The notes below the pieces were generated by a model that did no database searches, was not told the origin of the DNA, and saw only the letters and a program-made list of their open reading frames with translations. Positions 47,231-57,103 of a stretch of DNA of 64,000 nucleotides are shown here, piece by piece (position 1 is the first letter of the stretch; every line of letters begins with the position of its first letter). The stretch spans positions 736,001 to 800,000 of the forward strand of contig CP084166.1 in the NCBI GenBank assembly GCA_021513695.1, in the 5' to 3' direction. The stretch is from Candidatus Heimdallarchaeum aukensis. GTDB lineage: Archaea; Asgardarchaeota; Heimdallarchaeia; Heimdallarchaeales; Heimdallarchaeaceae. A program made the translations under genes and the position numbers.

Positions 47231-47881
47231 GTGAAAAAAATGGGAGAAGAATTACTAATTAATAAAAAAATAGTAGATTTCTTAGATGAACTTGCTTCAG
47301 ATAGCCCTGCTCCTGGAGGAGGTTCTGCGGCTTGTATAGCTGGAGCAATGGGTGCGTCTCTTGGTTCAATGGTTGCCAGACTAACCATTGGTAAGAAGGG
47401 ATATGAAGAAGTAGAAGAGTTTTTCAAAGAGAAACTAGAAAAAACAGAAGAACTAAGAAAAGATTTAACCAATCTAGTTGATAAAGACGCCAACGCTTTT
47501 TCAGGAGTTATAGAAGCTTTTAAGATGCCTAAAGAAACTGAAGAACAAAAAGCTGCTCGTTCTGCAAAAATTCTAGAAGAGTATAAAAAAGCAGCTGAAG
47601 TTCCAATGCTAACTTGTAAAAAATGCCGAGAAGTCATAGATTTATTGGCGGAAATGGGTACTAAAGGAAATAAAAACGCTCTTTCTGACATTGCAGTAGG
47701 AGCTCTATGTGCATTAACTGGTCTACGTTCTGCAGCTCATAATGTAGAAATAAATCTCGGATACATAAAAACTAAAGATGCAGAATATGCAGACAAGATG
47801 TACAAAGAGCTAGAAGAACTTCTAGAAGGAATAGAAGAAAAAGTTAACAAACTTGATGAAGACGTAAGAGCAACATTCTAG
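47231..47881 (+). CDS. formimidoyltetrahydrofolate cyclodeaminase (FtcD C-terminal domain), stand-alone
   Basis: The ASDSPAPGGGSAACIAGAMGASLGSMVARLTIGKK cyclodeaminase/cyclohydrolase signature. The start is 1 nt after the previous stop. Confidence 0.8.
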   Translation: MKKMGEELLINKKIVDFLDELASDSPAPGGGSAACIAGAMGASLGSMVARLTIGKKGYEEVEEFFKEKLEKTEELRKDLTNLVDKDANAFSGVIEAFKMPKETEEQKAARSAKILEEYKKAAEVPMLTCKKCREVIDLLAEMGTKGNKNALSDIAVGALCALTGLRSAAHNVEINLGYIKTKDAEYADKMYKELEELLEGIEEKVNKLDEDVRATF

Positions 47882-47923
47882 TTTTCTTTTTTTTTAAAAA
47901 TTTATTTTTAATTAAGAAAAAAT

Positions 47924-48514
47924 ATGTTTTTAAGTACATCTTTTTCTCTTTTTTTAATGAATAAATCTCTTAATTACGAGGCAATAAAATTAGAGCTGAT
48001 TCCTTTAGATGCACCTATCAAAAAAATTCCAGAACTTAAACTTGGTACTGTACTTATTCCTATCTTTCCCTCTAGCAACCAAATAATGTTTACAAAAAGA
48101 TCCAATAAAATGAAAAATCATCCAGGGCAGATATCTTTTCCTGGGGGAGCAGTAGAAGAAGGAGAGACAATCGTAGAAGCTTGTCTACGAGAAACAAATG
48201 AGGAAGTAGGAATTAATAATGAAAAGATCCAACTTTTAGGTCGTCTACCTCCTCTAGCAACAAGTAGTAATTTTTTTGTTTATCCAATTGTTGGTTTAGT
48301 TGAAAGCGATGTAAAGATTTCTGTTAATCCAGATGAAGTAGAAAAAGTTTTTTTTGTTCAAATTGAGGAACTACTAAACGATAATAACAAAGTAGTAGAA
48401 AAAGAATCGGATTCCTCTAAAACTTATTATTTAGCTGGAAACTACACTATTTGGGGAGTGACCGCTCAGATACTTGAGGAGTTATTCTCAACAATAAATA
48501 AAATAGAAAATTAG
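47924..48514 (+). CDS. NUDIX hydrolase (CoA pyrophosphatase-like)
   Basis: Nudix box GGAVEEGETIVEACLRETNEEVGI. Confidence 0.75.
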   Translation: MFLSTSFSLFLMNKSLNYEAIKLELIPLDAPIKKIPELKLGTVLIPIFPSSNQIMFTKRSNKMKNHPGQISFPGGAVEEGETIVEACLRETNEEVGINNEKIQLLGRLPPLATSSNFFVYPIVGLVESDVKISVNPDEVEKVFFVQIEELLNDNNKVVEKESDSSKTYYLAGNYTIWGVTAQILEELFSTINKIEN

Positions 48515-49672
48515 TTAATTATTTCTAATTTTTAATTCTCTAACTGTTGTCTTAAAGCAAACATTTCTCTTTTCTAGTTCATTTATTAAAATCTCAAATA
48601 CTTCGTGATTCTCGCCTATTAGTTCTGGGGGTACAAGTGTTTTAGGAGCATACTTTCCTTTGACTACTAAGTTTGCAATAATAGAGCATGTAAAACCTGT
48701 AGTTCTGGCCATAGAAATCATTTGCTCTTGTTTGTCATATTTATCTAGTAAGTAGTACCTGTGTTGGACTATTTTATTTTCATGTTTACCTTCTACTTCA
48801 ATCTCCATAATAGTATAATCTTCTTCTCCAGGGCTTAGTTTCCATTCTTTAAAAAGCAGTTTAGTTGTTAGATCAATAGGTTTTATTTTTACCCCCTTGA
48901 TTTCAATATCTTCTTTTCCAAAAAAGCCAGTTTCTCGAAGTATCTTCATCTTTTCAATATGTCCTGGATATCTCAAAGTCTTTTCTTTTAGATTTGGAAT
49001 GTGAGGCATTGTCTTTAGGAGTGTTCTCAAGCCATCAGTATTGAAAGCTTCTAGTGTGCCTATTCCTTCAAATTCCAACAATTCTGGATCAGATAAGGCT
49101 GGTTTTACAACTACTTTTCCATTTTCTACAAAACGTGCGGGACGAGTATATTCTTCTATAACATCGATTGGCGAAAAAGGTGCTTTATATTCATATGGCC
49201 AAGTTCGTATAACGGGAAGACCACCTACATAACAAAGAAAAGATTCTACTTTCTCCATTATATTATTAACATACCCTAAAATTATATTACTTAATCCTGG
49301 AGCAACTCCGCAATCTATAACTGCTGTTACTCCTTTTTCTTTTGCTAATTCAGATAAAGAAAATGGGTCTTCATCAAAGAATGATATATCTACAATATCT
49401 TTTCCTTCTTCAATTACAGTTTTAAGTGTTTGATAACCCATGAAACCAGGAACTGCTCCAACCACCAAATCAAAATCAGCTATAATTTTCTTTAAATTTT
49501 CAGTGTTTGATAAATCAGCCTTAATACCTTGTATATTGAAATTGCTTTTTAGAAAATCCAAAGCTTTTTGATTAATATCTGCTACAGTAACTTCAATTTC
49601 AGGATCTTTTGCTAAATCTCTTGCAATTACGTTTCCTACTAAACCTGCGCCTAATACAACTATTTTTTTCAT
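48515..49672 (-). CDS. saccharopine dehydrogenase family oxidoreductase
   Basis: N-terminal Rossmann motif KIVVLGAGLVGNVIARDL and saccharopine-DH-like C-terminal domain. Confidence 0.75.
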   Translation of the reverse strand: MKKIVVLGAGLVGNVIARDLAKDPEIEVTVADINQKALDFLKSNFNIQGIKADLSNTENLKKIIADFDLVVGAVPGFMGYQTLKTVIEEGKDIVDISFFDEDPFSLSELAKEKGVTAVIDCGVAPGLSNIILGYVNNIMEKVESFLCYVGGLPVIRTWPYEYKAPFSPIDVIEEYTRPARFVENGKVVVKPALSDPELLEFEGIGTLEAFNTDGLRTLLKTMPHIPNLKEKTLRYPGHIEKMKILRETGFFGKEDIEIKGVKIKPIDLTTKLLFKEWKLSPGEEDYTIMEIEVEGKHENKIVQHRYYLLDKYDKQEQMISMARTTGFTCSIIANLVVKGKYAPKTLVPPELIGENHEVFEILINELEKRNVCFKTTVRELKIRNN

Positions 49673-49829
49673 TTTAGCACCTATTTGCTATTATGCAATT
49701 ATCTTTTTAACTTTAACCTTAAAATTCGAAATAGTTCTAAAAAGTGTTCTAGAAGAAAAAAGAGAATAAAGAAGAACTTCATTACAAGAAGAATATTCAA
49801 TCTTTGGATTCTTCAGATTTTGCTTCTTC

Positions 49830-51140
49830 TTAATGGTTACTTGAAATTTTGTCTTCTTTTTTTACACTTTCACCTTTTGTTTCTTCACTACTTTGTTCTT
49901 CTTCCTTTTCTTCCTTATCTCCCTTTTCTTTAAATACTAGCTGTAACATCAGTGGCGTTAGGAGAACTGTTACAAATACAAGTAGAATAACTACTGTAAA
50001 TATATTTTCATCAAATATCCCATTTTCTAGGCCTATACCAGCAATAACTAGTAAAATTTCAGCTCTAGGAGTTATTCCAGTTGCTATACGTAGTGCTGAT
50101 TTTGAGGAAAAACCTGTCATTTTTGAACCTACAAAAGCTCCTATTCCTTTTGATAGAATAGCAAAGGGTATCACTAACCATATCCCCCATGGAAAAACGT
50201 AATTAGCGCTTCCTAGTTGAGTAAGATCAATCTGGAAATTAGACCCGACAGAGAAGAAGAATAATGGGATAAACACTCCTTCACCAAATTTTGTGATTGT
50301 TCCTTTTATTTCACCTACTATTATTCTATCTTGCTGAATTGATATTCCGAGTAGAAAAGCCATAACAGCACCAGAAAAATGTAGTTCTTCCGCAAAATAA
50401 GCTAACAAAGATATTAAACCAAAAACTATACCTAGCGTGAAGTTATTAGTGCGAGAACGAGTGAAAACATTAAAACGGTATTCTATCCAATTCAAGAATT
50501 TAGGTAAAAGAACAACTACTATCAGAATGAAAGCTGCTAAAAGACCTAAATCTTTCAGAATTATTGTAGCGATATTTCCTTCTTCAGTATTGAATAAAGC
50601 ACTAGCAAGTATTAAAACAAGAATTAGTGCGATAAAATCGTCCAAAACGGCTATAGAAAGTAAAGTTTGTCCTTCTTCAGAACCAAGTTTCTTTAAGTCA
50701 GAAAGAGATCTTACGGTAACACCTATAGAAGTAGCTGTAAACAAAGTTCCAAAAAAGATTGCAAATCTTACATCTCGTTCAAGAAAAATAAAGGCTGTTA
50801 GAAATCCTCCTAATAAAGCCAAGCTAACCTCAGTAATCGATATAGTCATACTTCTTTTTCCAGTTTTTAACAATGAGTTTACGTTTATCTCCATTCCAAC
50901 AATGAATAATAGCAAAATTATACCAATTTGACTAAAGGAACGCAATGAGTTTTTATCCATAAATAAATCATTAATTTCTGATAAACCTAAAATAGAAAAT
51001 AAAGGCCCACCTAACAGAATACCTGCGAATAATTCTCCTAATATAGCAGAAAGTTTCAATCGTTCAAATATTTCTCCGAAAATCCTCGCAGCAAGAATTG
51101 CTACACCAATATATAGAAGCAAGGAAGTGGCTTCGTTCAT
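49830..51140 (-). CDS. CPA2-family cation:proton antiporter (Kef/NapA-type Na+/H+ exchanger)
   Basis: About 12 TM segments and Na_H_Exchanger motifs (LGGPLFSILG, a DD pair in TM5/6 region). Acidic C-terminal tail. Confidence 0.8.
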   Translation of the reverse strand: MNEATSLLLYIGVAILAARIFGEIFERLKLSAILGELFAGILLGGPLFSILGLSEINDLFMDKNSLRSFSQIGIILLLFIVGMEINVNSLLKTGKRSMTISITEVSLALLGGFLTAFIFLERDVRFAIFFGTLFTATSIGVTVRSLSDLKKLGSEEGQTLLSIAVLDDFIALILVLILASALFNTEEGNIATIILKDLGLLAAFILIVVVLLPKFLNWIEYRFNVFTRSRTNNFTLGIVFGLISLLAYFAEELHFSGAVMAFLLGISIQQDRIIVGEIKGTITKFGEGVFIPLFFFSVGSNFQIDLTQLGSANYVFPWGIWLVIPFAILSKGIGAFVGSKMTGFSSKSALRIATGITPRAEILLVIAGIGLENGIFDENIFTVVILLVFVTVLLTPLMLQLVFKEKGDKEEKEEEQSSEETKGESVKKEDKISSNH

Positions 51141-51668
51141 TTAAATATCACCTTTACAAGAGAGATCGTTGTTAGATTTTTCTTTGTATTCTAACCATTT
51201 GTCTTTGACAAAATTTAGTATATCAATAAAGAGAATTACTCCTTTTACTTCGCTTTTTCTATCCTTAGCTCTTGGAAGGACATTCGTAGAGTATTTTAAC
51301 ATTAATTCTGCCACATCCTCTAGCTTTAGATCATCATAAACAACGGGTAACTTTTTGTCTACTATTTCATCAGCAGTAGCCTTCTCGAGATAAATCTTCT
51401 GAAGGAAAGGATCACGTAAGTCTGAATGAACAGGATTGAATAGTTTGAGAAAATTTTTTGGTGTTAATAGTCCAAGAAAGTTTTCTTTTTCGTCATTAAT
51501 AATCATAACAGGACTATCATAATCAAAGAAGCAACTAAATAGCTTGTCACAGGAAATAGTTGAGGGTAACTCAGGTACCTTTTTCATAGGTATCTCTAAA
51601 ACACTTACATTTCTCATATTTGTTAAAAAATCTTCTAATGAACCAGTCATGCAGTTTTGTGTTAACAA
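51141..51668 (-). CDS. CBS-domain pair protein
   Basis: Two CBS-like repeats. It abuts the antiporter gene (stop/start adjacent). Confidence 0.55.
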   Translation of the reverse strand: MLTQNCMTGSLEDFLTNMRNVSVLEIPMKKVPELPSTISCDKLFSCFFDYDSPVMIINDEKENFLGLLTPKNFLKLFNPVHSDLRDPFLQKIYLEKATADEIVDKKLPVVYDDLKLEDVAELMLKYSTNVLPRAKDRKSEVKGVILFIDILNFVKDKWLEYKEKSNNDLSCKGDI

Positions 51669-51715
51669 ACTACTAATTAAACTTTATTCTTTGTAAAAAA
51701 AAAGAAAGAAGGCTA

Positions 51716-52537
51716 TTAAAATAGAAAAGGTATTAGTGCTTTCCTATTATTTGGGTAATCAGTGAATTTTTCTTGATACCAATTGTGATGAGCTCGGGCT
51801 CTGGGTGCTAAGTTGAAAAATGTCCATAAAGCAAAAACCAATCCAGGAACTGACCAAGTTAATATTGCCCAACCTATCCATTCCATTATCTCTCCAAGAT
51901 AATTAGGAGATGAGACAAACTTGAACATTCCACCATAAGGAATCTTATACCCATCTTTTGCTCCTTTTTCTCTGAGATTGCGGAGAATATGATCTGATTG
52001 CTTGTTAATAAAAAATCCAGTAATAAACATAATAATGCCAATGATAAATTGTGGAGAATAAAACCATGTATTGGTGTACATATTTTCTGGAACAAGGTAA
52101 AAAAGCCATATTCCCTGAATATAAGTATTGAAGAGATTAAAAGTTACTCCAAAGAGCATTATCAATATAGGCATTTTTTTCCTTCCTCTTAACATCCAAG
52201 GATAAATTAGGGCCCGATGAATATAGTGAATTTCAAATATTGCAATAAAGACAATGAAAACTGGATCCTTTATTCTTTCACTTCCAAAAAAGTAAATTGC
52301 CATTAACAATGCGGACGGAAATTCCATTATAAACCAAGCTACTCTATCATCTAAAGTTGGCCCCCATCCTTTTCTTCTATGACGTCCATAGGGTGCTGTT
52401 ATGAAAAACAGTAAGATGAATATTGAAACTCCTAACCCTAAAAAAACGTACATTACAGCTTTAAAATATAAAGGGTTACCAAATACAGAAAGAATAGATT
52501 CCATAAGTGAAGATAGTAAAGACATTATTCTTTTCAA
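51716..52537 (-). CDS. steroid 5-alpha-reductase family / DUF1295 membrane reductase (polyprenol-reductase-like)
   Basis: C-terminal GGMFKFVSSPNYLGEIMEWIGWAIL matches the 3-oxo-5-alpha-steroid 4-dehydrogenase C-terminal signature. 6-7 TM segments. Confidence 0.65.
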   Translation of the reverse strand: MKRIMSLLSSLMESILSVFGNPLYFKAVMYVFLGLGVSIFILLFFITAPYGRHRRKGWGPTLDDRVAWFIMEFPSALLMAIYFFGSERIKDPVFIVFIAIFEIHYIHRALIYPWMLRGRKKMPILIMLFGVTFNLFNTYIQGIWLFYLVPENMYTNTWFYSPQFIIGIIMFITGFFINKQSDHILRNLREKGAKDGYKIPYGGMFKFVSSPNYLGEIMEWIGWAILTWSVPGLVFALWTFFNLAPRARAHHNWYQEKFTDYPNNRKALIPFLF

Positions 52538-52586
52538 AAAGCAGCTTTTATTTAAATTTTATTTAAAACCTAAAAAAAAGAAGAAA

Positions 52587-54074
52587 TTAGGGGAGTTTAT
52601 TCATATTTTCAGCTATACTCCGTATAACCTCCCATATTACACCTACACTTTCTATCTCCACTTTTTCATCGGGAGAGTGGGGAGAGAGAATTGTTGGTCC
52701 AATCGAAGTCACTTGTAAATTAGGATCTAAAGCTAAAAACAGACTGCATTCCAATCCTGCATGAATGGCTTCTAGCTTTACTTCTTTTTTATACACTTGT
52801 TCATACTGTTCTTTAACAAGTTTCAAGAATGGTGAATTAAGATTTGGCTCCCAACCAGGATAAGCTTTTCCTTGAGAGACATTGGCACTCACTTTTTCTC
52901 CGATTTTCTTCAGTTTTAGTCTTACTTCTTCAAGCTCATTCATTACTGAACTTCTGGTTGAAACATGAATTTCAACTTGCTTCTCACTAGTTTTTACAAC
53001 TGCAAGGTTGTTAGAAGTTTGAACTAAATCACTTATTTCTTTGCTATATGAAATAACTCCATGTTGAATCTCATCTAAAACATAGATTACATTCTTTGTT
53101 GTTTCTTCAGTAAATATTTTTTCTACATTGTCCTTTTCAAACATTTCAAACTTGAAGTTAGGTTCATATTCTTTAATTTCATGTGAATTCTTTCTAAACC
53201 ACTCTTTCAAAGCTTTCTTTGCTTCTTTCTCATTTTCCTTAGGTAATGCTATTCGAACTGAACAATCTCGGGGTATTGCATTATGTGCCGTTCCTCCTTC
53301 GATACTTACAAGATGAAAAGGCTTTACTTCGAGTTCAGTCAATTTATCTCTTAAGAAGTTTAAGGCTGAAATAGCAACTTTTATTGCATTAGCTCTTGGT
53401 AAATTAATGTCTACTCCTGAATGTCCCCCTTGAAGTCCTGATAGAACAAAACGAATCTCTACCCAATTCTCAGGGTTATCTATGCTCTCAAACTCTATTG
53501 GAATATCTATCTGTGTTCCTCCTCCCCCTGCGCTACTTATTGTTATTTTACCTAAATCCTCAGAATCAACATTCAGCAAATATTTTCCTGTGAAAAAACC
53601 TTTCTTTACATTAAAAGCTCCAGTCAATCCCGTTTCCTCGTCAACAGTAATAAGCAACTCCAGTTTTCCATGCTTTACCTCATCATCTAGAAAAAGAGCT
53701 AAACCCATAGCCAATCCTAAACCATTGTCAGCTCCTAAAGAGGTTCCTTGTGAAAAAACATACTTATCGTTAAAAGTTACAGGAATAGGGTCTTCTTCAC
53801 AATTAAAATTTGGATCATCTGCTTGACAAACCATGTCCATATGAGCCTGAATTATAAGAGTTGGGTATTTTTCACATCCTTTACTTGCTTCTTTCGTTAA
53901 AAGAAGATTTCCTGTCTCATCCTCCTTAAACTTAATATTATTCTCTTTCGCCCAACTTTTTATCCATTCTCTAATTTTTTCTTCTTTTTTTGAAGGACGG
54001 GGGACTTGTGTTATTTCATAAAAAATTCTCCACACTTGTTCAGGTTGTAATTCAGATAATTTATTTGAAGTCAT
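52587..54074 (-). CDS. pepD: aminoacyl-histidine dipeptidase (M20 family, PepD-type)
   Basis: M20 metal ligands HMDMV and DNGLG, DEETG, and the PepD-type lid. 495 aa. Confidence 0.85.
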   Translation of the reverse strand: MTSNKLSELQPEQVWRIFYEITQVPRPSKKEEKIREWIKSWAKENNIKFKEDETGNLLLTKEASKGCEKYPTLIIQAHMDMVCQADDPNFNCEEDPIPVTFNDKYVFSQGTSLGADNGLGLAMGLALFLDDEVKHGKLELLITVDEETGLTGAFNVKKGFFTGKYLLNVDSEDLGKITISSAGGGGTQIDIPIEFESIDNPENWVEIRFVLSGLQGGHSGVDINLPRANAIKVAISALNFLRDKLTELEVKPFHLVSIEGGTAHNAIPRDCSVRIALPKENEKEAKKALKEWFRKNSHEIKEYEPNFKFEMFEKDNVEKIFTEETTKNVIYVLDEIQHGVISYSKEISDLVQTSNNLAVVKTSEKQVEIHVSTRSSVMNELEEVRLKLKKIGEKVSANVSQGKAYPGWEPNLNSPFLKLVKEQYEQVYKKEVKLEAIHAGLECSLFLALDPNLQVTSIGPTILSPHSPDEKVEIESVGVIWEVIRSIAENMNKLP

Positions 54075-54166
54075 TTATGGTCTTTTAAACATTCTTTAGA
54101 TGATGATAAAAATGTTTTTGAAAAACGATATTTGTTTTTTTCAATTCTAAATAAACTAATGAATAG

Positions 54167-54841
54167 TCACTCATAGTTTTTTAGAAATTTATCAAGTACC
54201 AGCTTACTTACTATTCGATAAGAAGGATTATAGTTCGTTCTAAATATAGCTGAATGAGAAATAAGAGGAAGATCCAAACACGACTTATATCCTTTAAGCT
54301 GAATAGAAATGTCTGATAAAGTATTTTTCAGCAATCTTATTTGATTGTCTTCTGTTGTTAATATTCCCTCCTTAAAAAAGTAACAAATTTGATTCCAACT
54401 ATCAATAAATATCAATAATGTTTGAGGGGTAGCTCTTAAACTTTCTTCCATTAATTTCCATATATAAGAAGAGGATAAACCAAGTTCTTCTTTCCAAACC
54501 CTCAAATTCAGTCTTCCAAACATGGTTTTTTCATTTAATAACTCAAACAGTACTTCATCTTCTCTTTTCTTATTACAAGCATCCAGTTCTCGTTCTAAAT
54601 AGACTTTTACTCGTTCTAAATTTGAGATCTTCTTTAAGTGAATCCACCCACAACTTCCTTGGTAAATAAATTTATACAAATCTCCCCACGTTTGTTTTGG
54701 ATACTTCTTCAGATAAAATAAAAGGGAAGAAGGAATTTTTTCTTCTATTATCTCATTAAACTTAGTAATAAGATTAAACTCGTGTAATAGTTGAATATTG
54801 TTCTGTTCGTTCATTTTCCTTAGAAAGTTAATTGATGCCAA
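54167..54841 (-). CDS. hypothetical protein (224 aa)
   Basis: Overlaps the DsrE-like gene by 22 nt on the same strand (operon). No motif recognised. Confidence 0.4.
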   Translation of the reverse strand: MASINFLRKMNEQNNIQLLHEFNLITKFNEIIEEKIPSSLLFYLKKYPKQTWGDLYKFIYQGSCGWIHLKKISNLERVKVYLERELDACNKKREDEVLFELLNEKTMFGRLNLRVWKEELGLSSSYIWKLMEESLRATPQTLLIFIDSWNQICYFFKEGILTTEDNQIRLLKNTLSDISIQLKGYKSCLDLPLISHSAIFRTNYNPSYRIVSKLVLDKFLKNYE

Positions 54842-55155
54842 CCTTCTTTAAGCATTTCAGTGACTAATGTGCCCACGTACTTTACATCAATTCCTAATTC
54901 TTCTAGCTTATCGCTAACACCGAAGTTGTCACTACATGCTTTGCAAGCGATTACTTCTACTCCTGCATTAAGTAAGGCTAAAACATATTCTTGAAAATTT
55001 TTATCTTCTGCAGCTATTTTTTCTGTTGGCCCCCAGAGAATTACACGAACTTCATCCATCCATTTAAGCTTTTTTGCATTAATTGCATAAGGAAAACTAG
55101 CTTCTTGATGCACTACTACATCTCCACTTGTTAGAATCAAAAATACTTTGTTCAT
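54820..55155 (-). CDS. DsrE/DsrF-like (YchN-fold) protein
   Basis: Small alpha/beta protein of 111 aa. It begins VFLILTSGDVV and has the conserved Cys region IACKACS typical of DsrE-like sulfur-relay proteins. Confidence 0.55.
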   Translation of the reverse strand: MNKVFLILTSGDVVVHQEASFPYAINAKKLKWMDEVRVILWGPTEKIAAEDKNFQEYVLALLNAGVEVIACKACSDNFGVSDKLEELGIDVKYVGTLVTEMLKEGWHQLTF

Positions 55156-55231
55156 ACAATTTTTTTTGAACCCAGTTTTTATGTTTTTTTAAAAGTAAAA
55201 AAGTAGTTAAAGCTTCTATTTTCATCTTCTC

Positions 55232-56314
55232 TTATTTATTAACAGTTTTTATTATAATCTCTGCTAGTTCTTCAGATTCTAGACCTTCAATTTTATTTTC
55301 GCTAAATTGGTAAAAACTATCTATTTTTTGTTTTAGTAATTCTTGAGAAAGTTCTGTTCCCATAAGGTTTTCTTCTAATTTCGAGAGATTAAAGGGGTTC
55401 TTGATGAAGAAATCTCCTGTTATTGCTATGTCTGCTATCGTATTTTCTTCTACTTGAATATAGAGTGATATAAGTCCTCCTTTAGTTTTTACTTCGTTAA
55501 AGAAGCATCTTACTCCAGATTTAATTTTTAGTGAGATTAAATCTTTGTGTCTTCTTTCAACATAATTTATCCATTCTTCTGTCTGGTAATATTGATTTAA
55601 CCTTTGAATCTCGTTTTTCTCTAGCTCTGTTAACGAACCAACTTCAAGAGATATTCCTAAAATGTCCTCGAATTCTTTCTTAAAATTGTAAATTAAATCT
55701 AGTTTATCTGGAGAATAACCCAAAAAGTACTTTATACTACCTATTCTTTCCTCAAGTGTTTTTGCTATCTTGTCTCTAAATTTCTCGTCTGGCACTTTAA
55801 GAATTCTAGACATCTCTTTGACAGGAAAATCTAGAATAAAGTTCCCCACTAAGATTGTTGATCTATCTATCGCACTTGCTCCATTCCCACTGATTTTTTT
55901 ATCTAAAGCTACTATATCATTTAACGGTTGGTATTTTGCGGGTATACCTAAATATCTATAAGTAGAAACAACTGGCTGCAAAAAATGTTCAAACAACTCT
56001 TTTACAGAGAAAGGGTAATCATTTTTGTTAAAAATCAATTGATAAAACAACTGGTTTTGATCTAAATAAACTGCCCCTCCTCCAGTTATTCTTCTTATCA
56101 AAGGAATATCCATTTCTGATATTGCGTTGGTATCTACAACTAAATCTATAACCTGATGTATTCCAATAGAAACATAAGGGGTATTTGGCCAAGTAAGAAT
56201 AAGAGTATTAGGAGAGTTATGTTTAGACTGGATATTAGCTAATGCGTGGTAAACTGTTTGTGTTTCAAGAGGGGGGAGATCAGGTAAAACAATTAATCTC
56301 CAATTATTTTTCAT
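55232..56314 (-). CDS. lplA: lipoate-protein ligase A (catalytic + C-terminal accessory domain fused)
   Basis: BPL/LPL catalytic domain with RRITGGGAVY and the lipoyl-AMP lysine in KKISGNGA. There is a C-terminal LplA accessory domain. Confidence 0.8.
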   Translation of the reverse strand: MKNNWRLIVLPDLPPLETQTVYHALANIQSKHNSPNTLILTWPNTPYVSIGIHQVIDLVVDTNAISEMDIPLIRRITGGGAVYLDQNQLFYQLIFNKNDYPFSVKELFEHFLQPVVSTYRYLGIPAKYQPLNDIVALDKKISGNGASAIDRSTILVGNFILDFPVKEMSRILKVPDEKFRDKIAKTLEERIGSIKYFLGYSPDKLDLIYNFKKEFEDILGISLEVGSLTELEKNEIQRLNQYYQTEEWINYVERRHKDLISLKIKSGVRCFFNEVKTKGGLISLYIQVEENTIADIAITGDFFIKNPFNLSKLEENLMGTELSQELLKQKIDSFYQFSENKIEGLESEELAEIIIKTVNK

Positions 56315-56326
56315 TTTAATCAGCGT

Positions 56327-57022
56327 TTAGCTTCCCTTTACAGGAGACCATGCGTCTTCGTTGGATAAGAATAAGATAGGATACTCATTGTTATCAATTA
56401 AAATTACTCTTCCAAAACTGATTTTGTAATTTCCATCTTCTCTTTCTAGATTTGCATTAAAGGTCACTGTTATTATGTACTTTAGTTGTATTCCCCTACT
56501 ATCAATTTCATCAATAATATTTCCAATAGAAGGATATTGTCCAGTAGCAAATGTTGAATAGGCGTCTGTTTCTATATCCAATTTTACAAACATGAAGGTA
56601 CTTGAACCATTTAATGTTTCATTATATTCTGTGTAAAATGTATCAGTATTATTATCCCACAAACTTATTCTCATTGTTAAGTTGAAGATGTGGACATTAT
56701 CTTTAAAACCACCATAGTTTTGAGTATTTACAGTTGCGAGGAAGTCTTCTTCTCCTATAATAAGTTCTGTAATGTTATTAATATAGCTTAATTCAGGAAG
56801 AGCACCTAATGAATCCCAATAACTCGAACTTCCATTTATTTTTGCTGTTTCGTTTAATATCATTGCACTTCTTCCATCTTGCACAGTGTCTATAATGTTT
56901 ATTTCAGAATAGAATTGCTCGGGGGTTGGAGGAACAGTACTGTAATGTATAAGTATTATCGGTAAACCTAGTAAGAGAAATCCCAAAATAATTACAAAAA
57001 AGTTGAAACTTGAGTTACTCAT
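56327..57022 (-). CDS. N-terminally membrane-anchored extracellular protein
   Basis: An N-terminal TM/signal (FFVIILGFLLLGLPIIL) followed by an N-glycosylation-sequon-rich ectodomain. Confidence 0.4.
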   Translation of the reverse strand: MSNSSFNFFVIILGFLLLGLPIILIHYSTVPPTPEQFYSEINIIDTVQDGRSAMILNETAKINGSSSYWDSLGALPELSYINNITELIIGEEDFLATVNTQNYGGFKDNVHIFNLTMRISLWDNNTDTFYTEYNETLNGSSTFMFVKLDIETDAYSTFATGQYPSIGNIIDEIDSRGIQLKYIITVTFNANLEREDGNYKISFGRVILIDNNEYPILFLSNEDAWSPVKGS

Positions 57023-57103
57023 AGATAGTATTAGAATCTTATAGTTAAAAAATCTTATCTTTTTAAAAAGTAATAAAAAATTAAGAAGAGATTTATACCT
57101 TCT

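Noticed and set aside
49685-49933. 82-aa ORF antisense to the 3' end of the CPA2 antiporter
   Set aside because: It is the mirror of the antiporter's acidic-tail coding sequence. It is Leu/Phe-rich with no independent support.
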